A model generated the notes under the pieces. It ran no database searches. It was not told the DNA's origin and was given only the letters and a program-made list of their open reading frames with translations. A stretch of 56,631 nt of DNA from Candidatus Bathyarchaeota archaeon (lineage in GTDB: Archaea; Thermoproteota; Bathyarchaeia; Bathyarchaeales; Bathycorpusculaceae), in NCBI GenBank assembly GCA_037440545.1, contig JBBITX010000001.1, positions 1 to 56,631 on the forward strand, written 5' to 3'. A program made the position numbers and the translations under genes. Numbering within the stretch: position 1 is the first letter of the stretch; every line of letters begins with the position of its first letter. This document shows positions 28,971-37,352 of the stretch, piece by piece.

Positions 28971-30173
28971 CTACTCCATCTCTATCGTTGCAGGTGGTTT
29001 AGGCGTAATATCATAGTAGACTGCTGAAACCAACGAGCATTTTTCAATTATTCTTGTAGCGGTTTCCTCAAGGGTTTTCCAAGGTATTTCTGAAACTTGC
29101 GCCGTTAGAAAATTTTCAGTTTGGACAGATCTTATGCTTACAACGTATGGTTTCCTCTCAGGAATTTCTTTTATGGCGTAAAGAACCCTTGCAACTGTTG
29201 GGTCGCTGTGTATTATTTTAGCTTGGACAGAGATTAAATCTCGCAGAGCCTTTTGGTAGATCCGTCCCTCAGCAGTTTCAACTTTTAATCCCATGATTTT
29301 TCCGTAACATCTTTCTTCACCCTTCAAGCCTGTAGCCTTGTTCTTAAAAATTTTAACATTTATGTTTCTTGAAGGTACGTTGAGGAGATGCGCCACAGTT
29401 TCCTTGGTGTCAGCAATTCCCCGTTTTGTTAAAGCCTCTTCATTATCGATGATGGCGGCAAAGTATTGACTTGGCTTATACTCTGAAAGAGCGTTTTCAA
29501 CTATCTCTGTGGCATCTTTTAAAGCGTCCAATTTCTCTGGCCGAATTTCGCCGACAACTCGAACGGATAATCCTGGTCCTGGAAAAGGCTGTCTTTCAGC
29601 CAACTCGGCTGGTAGCCCCAAATACCTTGCAACCATTCGCACCTCACTTTTTAACAACGTTATTAAAGGCTCAACTACTTTGAACCCAAACTTTTCCATG
29701 GGGTTTATCCCTATTTGCTCTAGAACGTTATGTTGTGTTTTTACGCCCTTAACGGTTTCAACCACATCAGCGCGAATTGTTCCCTGCACTAAAACCCTGC
29801 ATTTCTCTTCACTAGCAGTTTCGCTTAAAACCGTGTAGAATAATTGCCGGAACTTTTTTCTCTTCTCTTCAGCATCCACCAAGCCTTTCATTGACTCTAG
29901 AAAACGTTCACGTGCATCAACTATTTTTACAGGCACTTTAAAAGGTTCTTCACTTAATATTTCTGCAACTCTCTCAGGTTCACCCTTCCTCATAAAGGCA
30001 TCGTCCAGAATTACGCAGATTAGGTTTTGACCTATGGCCTTCCGTGTTAGAACAGCACATGTAGTGCTGTCAACCCCGCCTGAAACGGCAACCAAAGCCC
30101 TTTCATTTCCAATTGTTTTCTTCAAATATTCAATTTGAGTTTTCACAAACTCTTCGGGATTAAAGCGGCCCAT
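28971..30173 (-). CDS. GMP synthase PP-ATPase-subunit-like protein (divergent, enlarged GuaA-B paralog)
   Basis: SGGVDS PP-loop, VQGTI, PFPGPGL and the C-terminal YDITPKPPATIEME signature of GuaA. It is 400 aa with extra segments in the C-terminal domain. Confidence 0.7.
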   Translation of the reverse strand: MGRFNPEEFVKTQIEYLKKTIGNERALVAVSGGVDSTTCAVLTRKAIGQNLICVILDDAFMRKGEPERVAEILSEEPFKVPVKIVDARERFLESMKGLVDAEEKRKKFRQLFYTVLSETASEEKCRVLVQGTIRADVVETVKGVKTQHNVLEQIGINPMEKFGFKVVEPLITLLKSEVRMVARYLGLPAELAERQPFPGPGLSVRVVGEIRPEKLDALKDATEIVENALSEYKPSQYFAAIIDNEEALTKRGIADTKETVAHLLNVPSRNINVKIFKNKATGLKGEERCYGKIMGLKVETAEGRIYQKALRDLISVQAKIIHSDPTVARVLYAIKEIPERKPYVVSIRSVQTENFLTAQVSEIPWKTLEETATRIIEKCSLVSAVYYDITPKPPATIEME

Positions 30174-30509
30174 CAGTTATACATCCCACACGTTTAGCTG
30201 ATTTACACTTCTAACTTATCTATTTATCGACTCTTGTAAGGGGAATATAACCGAACACTATTTTTATACAGCGTAGGCCCCAAAACCAACATCAGGTTAA
30301 AAGTTGATTGCAGATTTCTTCAATATGAGAAGTATACCAATTTTAATTGTATAAAGCAAAATATTTGAATGAATCGGTTAAATGTTTAATCCATATTTTA
30401 AAAAATGCCGTCGCGCCTCGCCTGGTGGATGCCTAACAGAAATAGCTTTACAAGTTAAAGTTTTTTATCATTAGAGGTGTATCTGTTCTAATAAGCGAAG
30501 TGATATTCG

Positions 30510-30857
30510 ATGAAATCTGATGAACTAAAAGCATTAGCTGGAGCGATAAATGAAATGAGCGAAAGTTATTTAGACCTTTTGCAATCCGTAAAAGGGACGA
30601 TAAGGCAGGTTAAAGCAGCAAAACAGCTTTGGAAGAATGGAAAAAAGCCTATTTTGATAAAACTCGGCTTGGCATTAATAGTTTTCCCCGAGCCTGCTGT
30701 AAGCGACATCTTAGGCAGTATATTAATTGCTGCTGGAACACTCCAGGAGGGCATCAGACGCCGGGCATTGTACATTGATGACGTACCTAAAACTTTCCAT
30801 AGCATGATAAAGGAAATTCAAACAGCTAAAGGAAACATTATCAAGGGCTTAGGTTAG
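30510..30857 (+). CDS. Hypothetical small protein with central hydrophobic hairpin
   Basis: 115-aa ORF. The segment PILIKLGLALIVFPEPAVSDILGSILIAAGTL looks like a two-helix membrane hairpin. Confidence 0.4.
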   Translation: MKSDELKALAGAINEMSESYLDLLQSVKGTIRQVKAAKQLWKNGKKPILIKLGLALIVFPEPAVSDILGSILIAAGTLQEGIRRRALYIDDVPKTFHSMIKEIQTAKGNIIKGLG

Positions 30858-30905
30858 TCTTATATTTGGTGCATATTATATTCATAACATGTTTGAGGTG
30901 GAACC

Positions 30906-31058
30906 TTGAAACTCGTAACTGTATTATTACCAGAAGCCTACCTTGAGGGTTTAGATGAGCTTGTAAGGGCTAATATGTATCCCAGTAGAAGCGCAGCCAT
31001 AAGGTCAGCTGTTAGAGATTTGCTTAAGAAAGAATTATGGGAGAGAAGGGAAAGGTAA
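30906..31058 (+). CDS. Ribbon-helix-helix (CopG/NikR-N-like) DNA-binding protein, 50 aa
   Basis: Not in the ORF track (below the size cut-off, TTG start). TTG 30906 is preceded by GAGGTGG. The translation LKLVTVLLPEAYLEGLDELVRANMYPSRSAAIRSAVRDLLKKELWERRER has the RHH beta-strand plus two-helix pattern. Confidence 0.55.
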   Translation: MKLVTVLLPEAYLEGLDELVRANMYPSRSAAIRSAVRDLLKKELWERRER

Positions 31059-31081
31059 GCATATCTCAGAATCCTCACAGC

Positions 31082-31849
31082 CTATAAAGCCCTTGTAGCA
31101 TTCCGAATTTCCTTAGCGGCTCTAGCCGGATTTTCTGAAAGTGTAATAGCTCGTCCCACGATTAGGTAGTCTGCCCCCGCTTTCAATGCAGCCTCTATTA
31201 TTCCACCTTGAGTTCCAATACCGGGCGAGTATATAGGGACATTTCCGCCAAGCACCTCGTAGACTTCCCTTATCTTTTCCGGATAGGTAGCCCCAACCAC
31301 AGCCCCGTCTGCCCTCCATTTTAGGGCTTTCTTCGCGAACATAATGTACTGTGGAACTTGAAATCCCGTTTCCGAGTCTACAACTTTTTGACCGTACCCT
31401 TCAGCAGCTCCCTTATGACTCATATAAACTAGAAGAATTACCCCTCTTTTCAGCTTTTTAGCAACATCAAAAATAGGCTTCAATCCATCTTCCCATCCTA
31501 TGATCGGATTCGCTATTAAAGCATCAAACCCGGCCTCGTAATAGTACTCGGCTATTGTCTGGTTTGTAGAGCCTATGTCATTTACCTTGGAATCTGCAAT
31601 GGCTAAAATACCTTTTTCATGAGCTTCTTCTATAAGCCTTTGTAAGCTGTTAAAGAGTCCTAACGGCAAAATAAGGTGATAATTAATTTTTACTGCGCAT
31701 ATGTAAGGATGAACTAAGTTTAAAATTTTTTCTGCTTTATCATAAAGCGCCTGTCGAATATCTTTTTTCTCGTAGGGGAAGTCTAGAGCCAAAATTATAT
31801 TAGAATCTTTTTTCTTAGCATTTTCTTCCATTTTGGCACGGAATGACAA
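31082..31849 (-). CDS. pyrF: Orotidine 5'-phosphate decarboxylase
   Basis: ILALDF, DSKVNDIGST (DxKxxDIxxT) and IVGRAI motifs. The start is either TTG 31849 or ATG 31831. Confidence 0.85.
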   Translation of the reverse strand: MSFRAKMEENAKKKDSNIILALDFPYEKKDIRQALYDKAEKILNLVHPYICAVKINYHLILPLGLFNSLQRLIEEAHEKGILAIADSKVNDIGSTNQTIAEYYYEAGFDALIANPIIGWEDGLKPIFDVAKKLKRGVILLVYMSHKGAAEGYGQKVVDSETGFQVPQYIMFAKKALKWRADGAVVGATYPEKIREVYEVLGGNVPIYSPGIGTQGGIIEAALKAGADYLIVGRAITLSENPARAAKEIRNATRAL

Positions 31850-31867
31850 GGTTTAGACGCCCCTACC

Positions 31868-32581
31868 TTATTTGGAAGATGCGTTAAAAACTTTTATCTT
31901 TCCTAACTCTCCGTGGCAAGTCTCCTTAATGTAAAATAGGGCTTTTTCCACAGCTTCCTCGATTTGGCACTCATTTATTCCGGGAGCTCCATACCCAACA
32001 ATTAAAACGTTTTCTGTTTGCTCTGTGATTTTTGTTTGATCTGCATCTCTGTAAGGATAAATACATAAAACTTGTTTAATGTCCGCTAGGACGAGCATTT
32101 TATCTGTTAAAGTAAGAGGCTTTTCCATTCCTATTCCCATGAATTGTTCGCCGTTTTCTGCAAAACGCACGTTAAATGGAAGATTTATCTTATCAAAGTC
32201 AAAACCGCTAATTGGGATAACTGTTTCAAGAGAGGCTAAATTATAGGAATCTACAGCGGTGTTTATTGCAGGGATTTCGCCTCCGTGTAAAACCCGTCTT
32301 AGTAGCGCTTCGCCTGAAGGCCTTGTTTTTGTTGGATCTATCCCGAGCATCCAGTAAAAATCCCTGTAAGCTCTAACTGTAGGGGTATCCTTTAATTTTT
32401 CAATTTGGTATTTAGCGCTAATCTCTTTAAGCAAAATTTTCTTAAGCTCTTGAAGTTTAGCGTTTTTCTTTTCAACTGAAATATTTTTAATTACTCCGAC
32501 ACCTATAGCCAACTGTGGAAATCTTTTAGAGACTTCATCATCCCAGTAAACGTTGAGTTGCATCTCCAAATCCGCTTCCAA
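31868..32581 (-). CDS. B3/B4 tRNA-binding-domain protein
   Basis: Length and the ...RPSGEALLRRVL.G...P.IN..VD.YN..S... motif resemble stand-alone B3/4 domain proteins. Confidence 0.55.
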   Translation of the reverse strand: MEADLEMQLNVYWDDEVSKRFPQLAIGVGVIKNISVEKKNAKLQELKKILLKEISAKYQIEKLKDTPTVRAYRDFYWMLGIDPTKTRPSGEALLRRVLHGGEIPAINTAVDSYNLASLETVIPISGFDFDKINLPFNVRFAENGEQFMGIGMEKPLTLTDKMLVLADIKQVLCIYPYRDADQTKITEQTENVLIVGYGAPGINECQIEEAVEKALFYIKETCHGELGKIKVFNASSK

Positions 32582-32637
32582 ACAATGAAAGGTTAAATAT
32601 TTAACAGCTTTAGCATTTTCCCTTCATCTTTAAGGGA

Positions 32638-33537
32638 TTGATGTGGATGATTGGAGAGCTTGCAGCTTTAGCCGCCGCTCTTTGCTGGACAGCTTCTGCA
32701 GTTTTTTACAGAAACGCCTTAATAAAAGCTAAGCCCTTCTCGGCTAACACTACACGTTGTCTGGGAATAAGCCTTATTTTTATTATATTTTTGTTCTTAA
32801 CTGGAAAGTTCAGAGTTTTAGCTGCCATGCCGGTTAAGGTATTACTTTTCGGGTTTGCCAGCGGAGTTATAGGTTTAGGGTTAGGTGACACATTGTACAT
32901 GTTCAGCCTTGAAAACTTAGGCGTTGCAAGAGCTGTTCCAATAACATGTATATATCCACTTTTCAATTTATTATGGGCTGTTTTGTTAAATGGCGAAAAA
33001 ATTGCTTTACCAGTTGCTGTCGGTGCAGTTTTAATAGTTCTTGGGGTGTGGCTTCTAAGCATTGAAAAAAAGTTTAGTGTTGAAACTAAAGGCAGAATTC
33101 CTGTTAAAGGTGTAATATTCGCTCTGGTGGCAGCTTTTGCCTGGTCCATCAGTATTCTTCTGGTAAATATGGCTGTAAAGATAAGCTCCAATATAGAACA
33201 TGTCTTCGCCGTTAATGCTTTAAGAATATGGGCGTCAGCTATTTTCTTGTTAATTTTGTCTCCAATACTTGATAGAAATTTCGAGTTTTTGAAAGTAAAC
33301 ATGAGGGTTTTAGCAGCGTTATTGGTTGGAGGGATCATAGCCATAGGAGTAGGCTGGTTCCTCTTAACCCTTAGTTTTCTTTATATTCCAGAGTCGCAAG
33401 CGGTTCCAATCTCATCAACGACACCGCTCTTCTCAACACTTTTCGGCATAGCATTTTTACATGAAAAGGTAACATTGAAAGTTTTCTTAGGATCTATTTT
33501 AATCGTTTTTGGCATTTTCTTAATATTCACAGTCTAA
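32638..33537 (+). CDS. EamA/DMT-superfamily transporter
   Basis: About 10 hydrophobic helices in two homologous halves. Confidence 0.8.
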   Translation: MMWMIGELAALAAALCWTASAVFYRNALIKAKPFSANTTRCLGISLIFIIFLFLTGKFRVLAAMPVKVLLFGFASGVIGLGLGDTLYMFSLENLGVARAVPITCIYPLFNLLWAVLLNGEKIALPVAVGAVLIVLGVWLLSIEKKFSVETKGRIPVKGVIFALVAAFAWSISILLVNMAVKISSNIEHVFAVNALRIWASAIFLLILSPILDRNFEFLKVNMRVLAALLVGGIIAIGVGWFLLTLSFLYIPESQAVPISSTTPLFSTLFGIAFLHEKVTLKVFLGSILIVFGIFLIFTV

Positions 33538-33587
33538 TTTAGCTTCACCTGAAGGATTCGTAAAGAATCTTAGTTATAAAAATTAAT

Positions 33588-33619
33588 GCTGATTAAAAGC
33601 GGTACAGTTTTATATCAGC
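33588..33619 (+). promoter_or_regulatory. Inverted repeat GCTGAT-N20-ATCAGC bracketing a TTTTATAT box upstream of the HTH regulator gene
   Basis: Read directly: GCTGAT at 33588..33593, ATCAGC at 33614..33619, with a TATA-like TTTTATAT between them. It lies about 45 nt upstream of ATG 33661. Confidence 0.25.
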
Positions 33620-33660
33620 TTGTTTAGGAAGACAATTGTCAAACTGGAAGGAGTATTCAT

Positions 33661-34428
33661 ATGTCTATATCTCCAAGCGTTAGAGAAGTTCTAGCGAGGA
33701 GAATTGCTGGGGAAATTATTCTTTCGAACAAGCCTGGGGCGACGATGCGAAGATGGAGGGAGCTTTTTGCCGTGTCGCAGACAACTCTCTCAGATAAAAT
33801 GCTTCTCTCACCTTCGGTTATAAGCGACTATGAAAGCGGCAGGCGGAAAAGCCCTGGCACTCGGTTTATACGCAGATTTGTTTGGGCGTTATTAAAGGTT
33901 GATGAGGAGAGGGGAAGTCGATTTATACGTGAATTCGCTAAACTTACAAGCTCTCCGAGCATGGCTGTTTTAGATTTGCGGGAGTTTCCAATACCTGTTC
34001 GTGTGGAATATCTATGTAAGGCTATTAAAGGCGAGGTTTTAGCCTGTTCCAGCCTTAATGTTAAAGATATAGGCGGCTACACTGTTGTTGATAGTGATAA
34101 AACAATAGAGACGCTTTCAGGGTTTGAGTATTCACAGCTTTTCGGAGTTACAACTGAGCGGGCGCTTGTATTTACGAACATAAAAAATGAAAATTCACCT
34201 ATGATGCTTGTTAGAATGAGCAGTTTAAAACCTAAAGTTGTTGTGTTTCACGGCTTCAAACCAGACGGATATTCAATCCGCCTAGCAGAATATGACCGCA
34301 TTCCCCTCATATACTCGGCTTTACCAAGCGTTGAGCAACTAATAAAGTCTCTTAGGAAGCTTTATCGAATTGCGCTGCGTAGAAAGCTTGGGAAGCATGT
34401 TCTTCCCCCTCCAAAACTAAGCACATGA
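33661..34428 (+). CDS. Archaeal HTH (XRE-like) transcriptional regulator with C-terminal domain (COG1709-like)
   Basis: MRRWRELFAVSQTTLSDKMLLSPSVISDYESGRRKSP is an XRE-type HTH. Confidence 0.6.
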   Translation: MSISPSVREVLARRIAGEIILSNKPGATMRRWRELFAVSQTTLSDKMLLSPSVISDYESGRRKSPGTRFIRRFVWALLKVDEERGSRFIREFAKLTSSPSMAVLDLREFPIPVRVEYLCKAIKGEVLACSSLNVKDIGGYTVVDSDKTIETLSGFEYSQLFGVTTERALVFTNIKNENSPMMLVRMSSLKPKVVVFHGFKPDGYSIRLAEYDRIPLIYSALPSVEQLIKSLRKLYRIALRRKLGKHVLPPPKLST

Positions 34429-34441
34429 GAAGGCCTTATTA

Positions 34442-35353
34442 ATGATTAAGGTTGGATGCTGTGGTTTCCCAACTTCTATGACGCGTTACTTCCAACACTA
34501 CGCTCTTGTAGAGCTGAACAGCACTTTTTACCAGTATCCGCGGCTGAAGACTGTTGAGGCCTGGCGGGAGAAGGCTCCGGAATATTTTGAGTTTACAGTC
34601 AAGGCTCACCAGGACATAAGCCACAAATGGAAACTCAATACAGACGAAGCCTGCATCCAAGCATTCGAATATATGAAGAAAATCTGCAGTGCTTTAAAAT
34701 CAAATATAATGCTCATTCAAACACCAGGTTCTTTCAGACCTGACAGACTGAGTGAGGCGGAAAAATTCTTTAGAAGCGTAAATCGTGAAAAACTATTTTT
34801 GGCTTGGGAAACACGTGGGCCAGAATGGGAAAAGCCAGAGGTTTATGAGAGGTTGAGCAGCGTTTTAAGATCTTTGAATATTGCACATGTAACAGATCCT
34901 TTCAAAATGAGACCCGCGTATACAGGAGACATAGCCTATTTCAGGCTTCACGGCTTAGGCGAAAAGTTATACTATTACCAGTTCACCGATGCTGAACTAA
35001 GAAATTTAGCAGAGATCATAAAACCTTTCGAATCGGAAAAAAGGGTTGTCTACCTGCTTTTCAACAACCTTTCAATGTTTGAGGATGGGCAGCGCTTTGC
35101 AGAATACCTCGCTAAAGGTGTATTTCCAAAAATCACCGGTTCAGTTGGACTAGATTCAATAAAAAGCGTAGTTGAAAAGACTCGTTACCCCACTACCAAA
35201 ACTATGCTTGTTAAAAAGTTAGGATGGAGACTTGTTGAAATTAATGAAGGAAAACAGGTTAGATTAGCTGAGCTTTTGGCGAATCTGCCCTATGAAACCT
35301 TCAAAAACTCTGAAGAACTTCTAAATAAACTTAAAGATGCCCACAAGCTTTAA
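34442..35353 (+). CDS. DUF72 (UPF0759) family protein
   Basis: IKVGCCGF...VELNSTFY..P....V..W motif, TIM-barrel-like length, plus a C-terminal extension of about 60 aa. Confidence 0.75.
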   Translation: MIKVGCCGFPTSMTRYFQHYALVELNSTFYQYPRLKTVEAWREKAPEYFEFTVKAHQDISHKWKLNTDEACIQAFEYMKKICSALKSNIMLIQTPGSFRPDRLSEAEKFFRSVNREKLFLAWETRGPEWEKPEVYERLSSVLRSLNIAHVTDPFKMRPAYTGDIAYFRLHGLGEKLYYYQFTDAELRNLAEIIKPFESEKRVVYLLFNNLSMFEDGQRFAEYLAKGVFPKITGSVGLDSIKSVVEKTRYPTTKTMLVKKLGWRLVEINEGKQVRLAELLANLPYETFKNSEELLNKLKDAHKL

Positions 35354-36033
35354 TTTGTCAGGACCCCAAACTCCAAAATTTTATTTTTCAAGACTTTAAA
35401 ATCGTTGATAAGCAGCGTCTTAAACCCTGCGTTATAAAGGGCTGCTGCAGGGTGAAAGGTTGGGAAAACAATAGTAGAAAAACCTAGAAAAACAACTTGA
35501 TAAAATTTTCCATGATTGTGTGATATGCCTTCGAAGGGTAACCCTGCCTTGGCAAAGATGTAAGAGGTTGAGTGGTTCCCAAGAGTCACAATTATCCTTG
35601 GCTTTATAGTTGTTATCTGCCTATCCAAATATGGCGTGCACTTGTGAATTTCGCTTGGTTGTGGGTTGCGGTTTCCCGGCGGTCTGCACTTGAGGACGTT
35701 GGCTATGAAAACGTTTTCTCTTTTGAGACAAATTTCAGCTAGGAGTGAATCTAAAAGCTTCCCAGCAGCTCCTACGAAAGGTTTGCCCTTAATATCTTCC
35801 CAGTAACCTGGAGCTTCACCTACAAACATAACTTTTGCTTCTGGGTTTCCCTCACCAGAAACAGCGTTTTTACGAGTTTTCCAGAGAGAACATTTTCTAC
35901 AATCAATAATTTCGGAGGCTATGCGGTCCAATATCTGTTTTTTAGACAAGACATTAACCCTAGGAAACTGTATTTTTTGGCCATTAATAAGCTTCAAATT
36001 GATTCTGCTATTAGTTTTAAATGAGAATTGCAA
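35350..36033 (-). CDS. Uracil-DNA glycosylase, family 4
   Basis: CRKCSLW..R...V.GEGNP.A.VMFVGEAPG..ED..GKPFVGAAG..L and HPAA motifs. The start is uncertain: TTG 36033 or a downstream TTG near 35951. Confidence 0.8.
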   Translation of the reverse strand: MQFSFKTNSRINLKLINGQKIQFPRVNVLSKKQILDRIASEIIDCRKCSLWKTRKNAVSGEGNPEAKVMFVGEAPGYWEDIKGKPFVGAAGKLLDSLLAEICLKRENVFIANVLKCRPPGNRNPQPSEIHKCTPYLDRQITTIKPRIIVTLGNHSTSYIFAKAGLPFEGISHNHGKFYQVVFLGFSTIVFPTFHPAAALYNAGFKTLLINDFKVLKNKILEFGVLTN

Positions 36034-36052
36034 TATATTAATAGCGAAAAAT

Positions 36053-36649
36053 ATGCTTACAAAGCTAAAGGCTAAAGTTCAGTCTGCCATCGCTGCACAG
36101 GCAGAATTAACCTCCAAGGCGGGATTAACACCTAACGCTGTTAGTTTCATAGGAATAGTTCTCGCCCTTTTTGCTGCTCTGGCATACGCCATGGGGCGGG
36201 AAATGCTCCCTTTGGCTGCTGTTCTACTTTTGTTGTCTGGCTACTGTGACGTTTTAGACGGGGCAATGGCTAGAATATGTAAAAAGGCAACCCCGCTGGG
36301 AGGTTTTCTGGACTCGCTGTTGGATAGGTATGCAGACTCAGCGGTGTTTATCGGCATAATTCTAAGCGGGTTGTGCCATTTTTTATGGGTTTCTATGGCG
36401 CTTGCAGGCTCCCTGCTGGTGAGCTACACACGAGCCAGAGCCGAGTCCATTAATATAAAAATGGAGAGTGTAGGTCTAGCGGAGAGGGCTGAACGTATCT
36501 TAATAATTTTCTTTGCAAGCATTGCTGGATATTTTTGGACCGAGGCCCTTGAAGCAGGCATAATACTTTTAGCGGCGCTGACAAATCTTACAGTGGTTCA
36601 GCGAAGCTTTCACGTTTATAAGATTTTAAAGAAAAATGAGGGGTCATAA
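36053..36649 (+). CDS. CDP-alcohol phosphatidyltransferase family protein (archaetidyl-lipid head-group synthase type)
   Basis: DG.MAR....T..GGFLDS.LDRY.D motif. Start placed at ATG 36053; the tracked ORF 35921.. overlaps the UDG gene. Confidence 0.8.
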   Translation: MLTKLKAKVQSAIAAQAELTSKAGLTPNAVSFIGIVLALFAALAYAMGREMLPLAAVLLLLSGYCDVLDGAMARICKKATPLGGFLDSLLDRYADSAVFIGIILSGLCHFLWVSMALAGSLLVSYTRARAESINIKMESVGLAERAERILIIFFASIAGYFWTEALEAGIILLAALTNLTVVQRSFHVYKILKKNEGS

Positions 36650-36651
36650 TT

Positions 36652-36942
36652 CTAGAATTTTCTTCCTAAACGCAGCCTTCTCTCATCTTTAGCTCTAACC
36701 TTTACAATGCCGTAATGGACGGCGCATGATACACAGTAATACTTTGTATCAACTGGAGCCGAAATGTAGGCGCCTTTCTGTCGAAGTTCTTTGGCTAAGG
36801 CACGGTCTACAAGTGAAACTCTGCGCGTAACCTTTTTTGCCTTATCTCTAGGGACTAGCTCTCCGCAGTTGGCACACTGGACAAAGCCGCTTCTTCCTTT
36901 AGAACCCTTCGATCTTCCCCGGCTTTTTCTTTTGTAGGGCAT
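36652..36942 (-). CDS. rps26e: 30S ribosomal protein S26e
   Basis: MPYKRKSRGRSKGSKGRSGFVQCANCG...YCVSCAVH. Confidence 0.9.
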   Translation of the reverse strand: MPYKRKSRGRSKGSKGRSGFVQCANCGELVPRDKAKKVTRRVSLVDRALAKELRQKGAYISAPVDTKYYCVSCAVHYGIVKVRAKDERRLRLGRKF

Positions 36943-37352
36943 AATTATTACATCTCACCTGAATATCAAAAGTGAAAACGCTGTTCTTATTTATATATCT
37001 GTCCTTTTATGATAGCGTTGTTTTCTCAAGAAGACTCAGTGAATAAACGGTAAGACATTGATCTATCCTTAGAGAATACCAATAGTGCATTGCTGACTAG
37101 TTAAAAATGAGAGAAATTCTAAACAATTATAGAACAGCCAACAAAATGCATATACAAGATACTATAAGGGAAGTTTTAAAGCTGAGGCCATGGCCAAAAA
37201 CCCCAAGAATTGAAAAGTATGCCTGTTAGAAAAACTGCTAGCGAGCGGCGGCTCATTCTGCGGTTTAATGGAGATAGATTTTGAACGTTCAATTAAAAGA
37301 GGGTTAATTTTTTATGAAAACTCAATTATCGCCTCAATTGAGTCTGAAAAAG

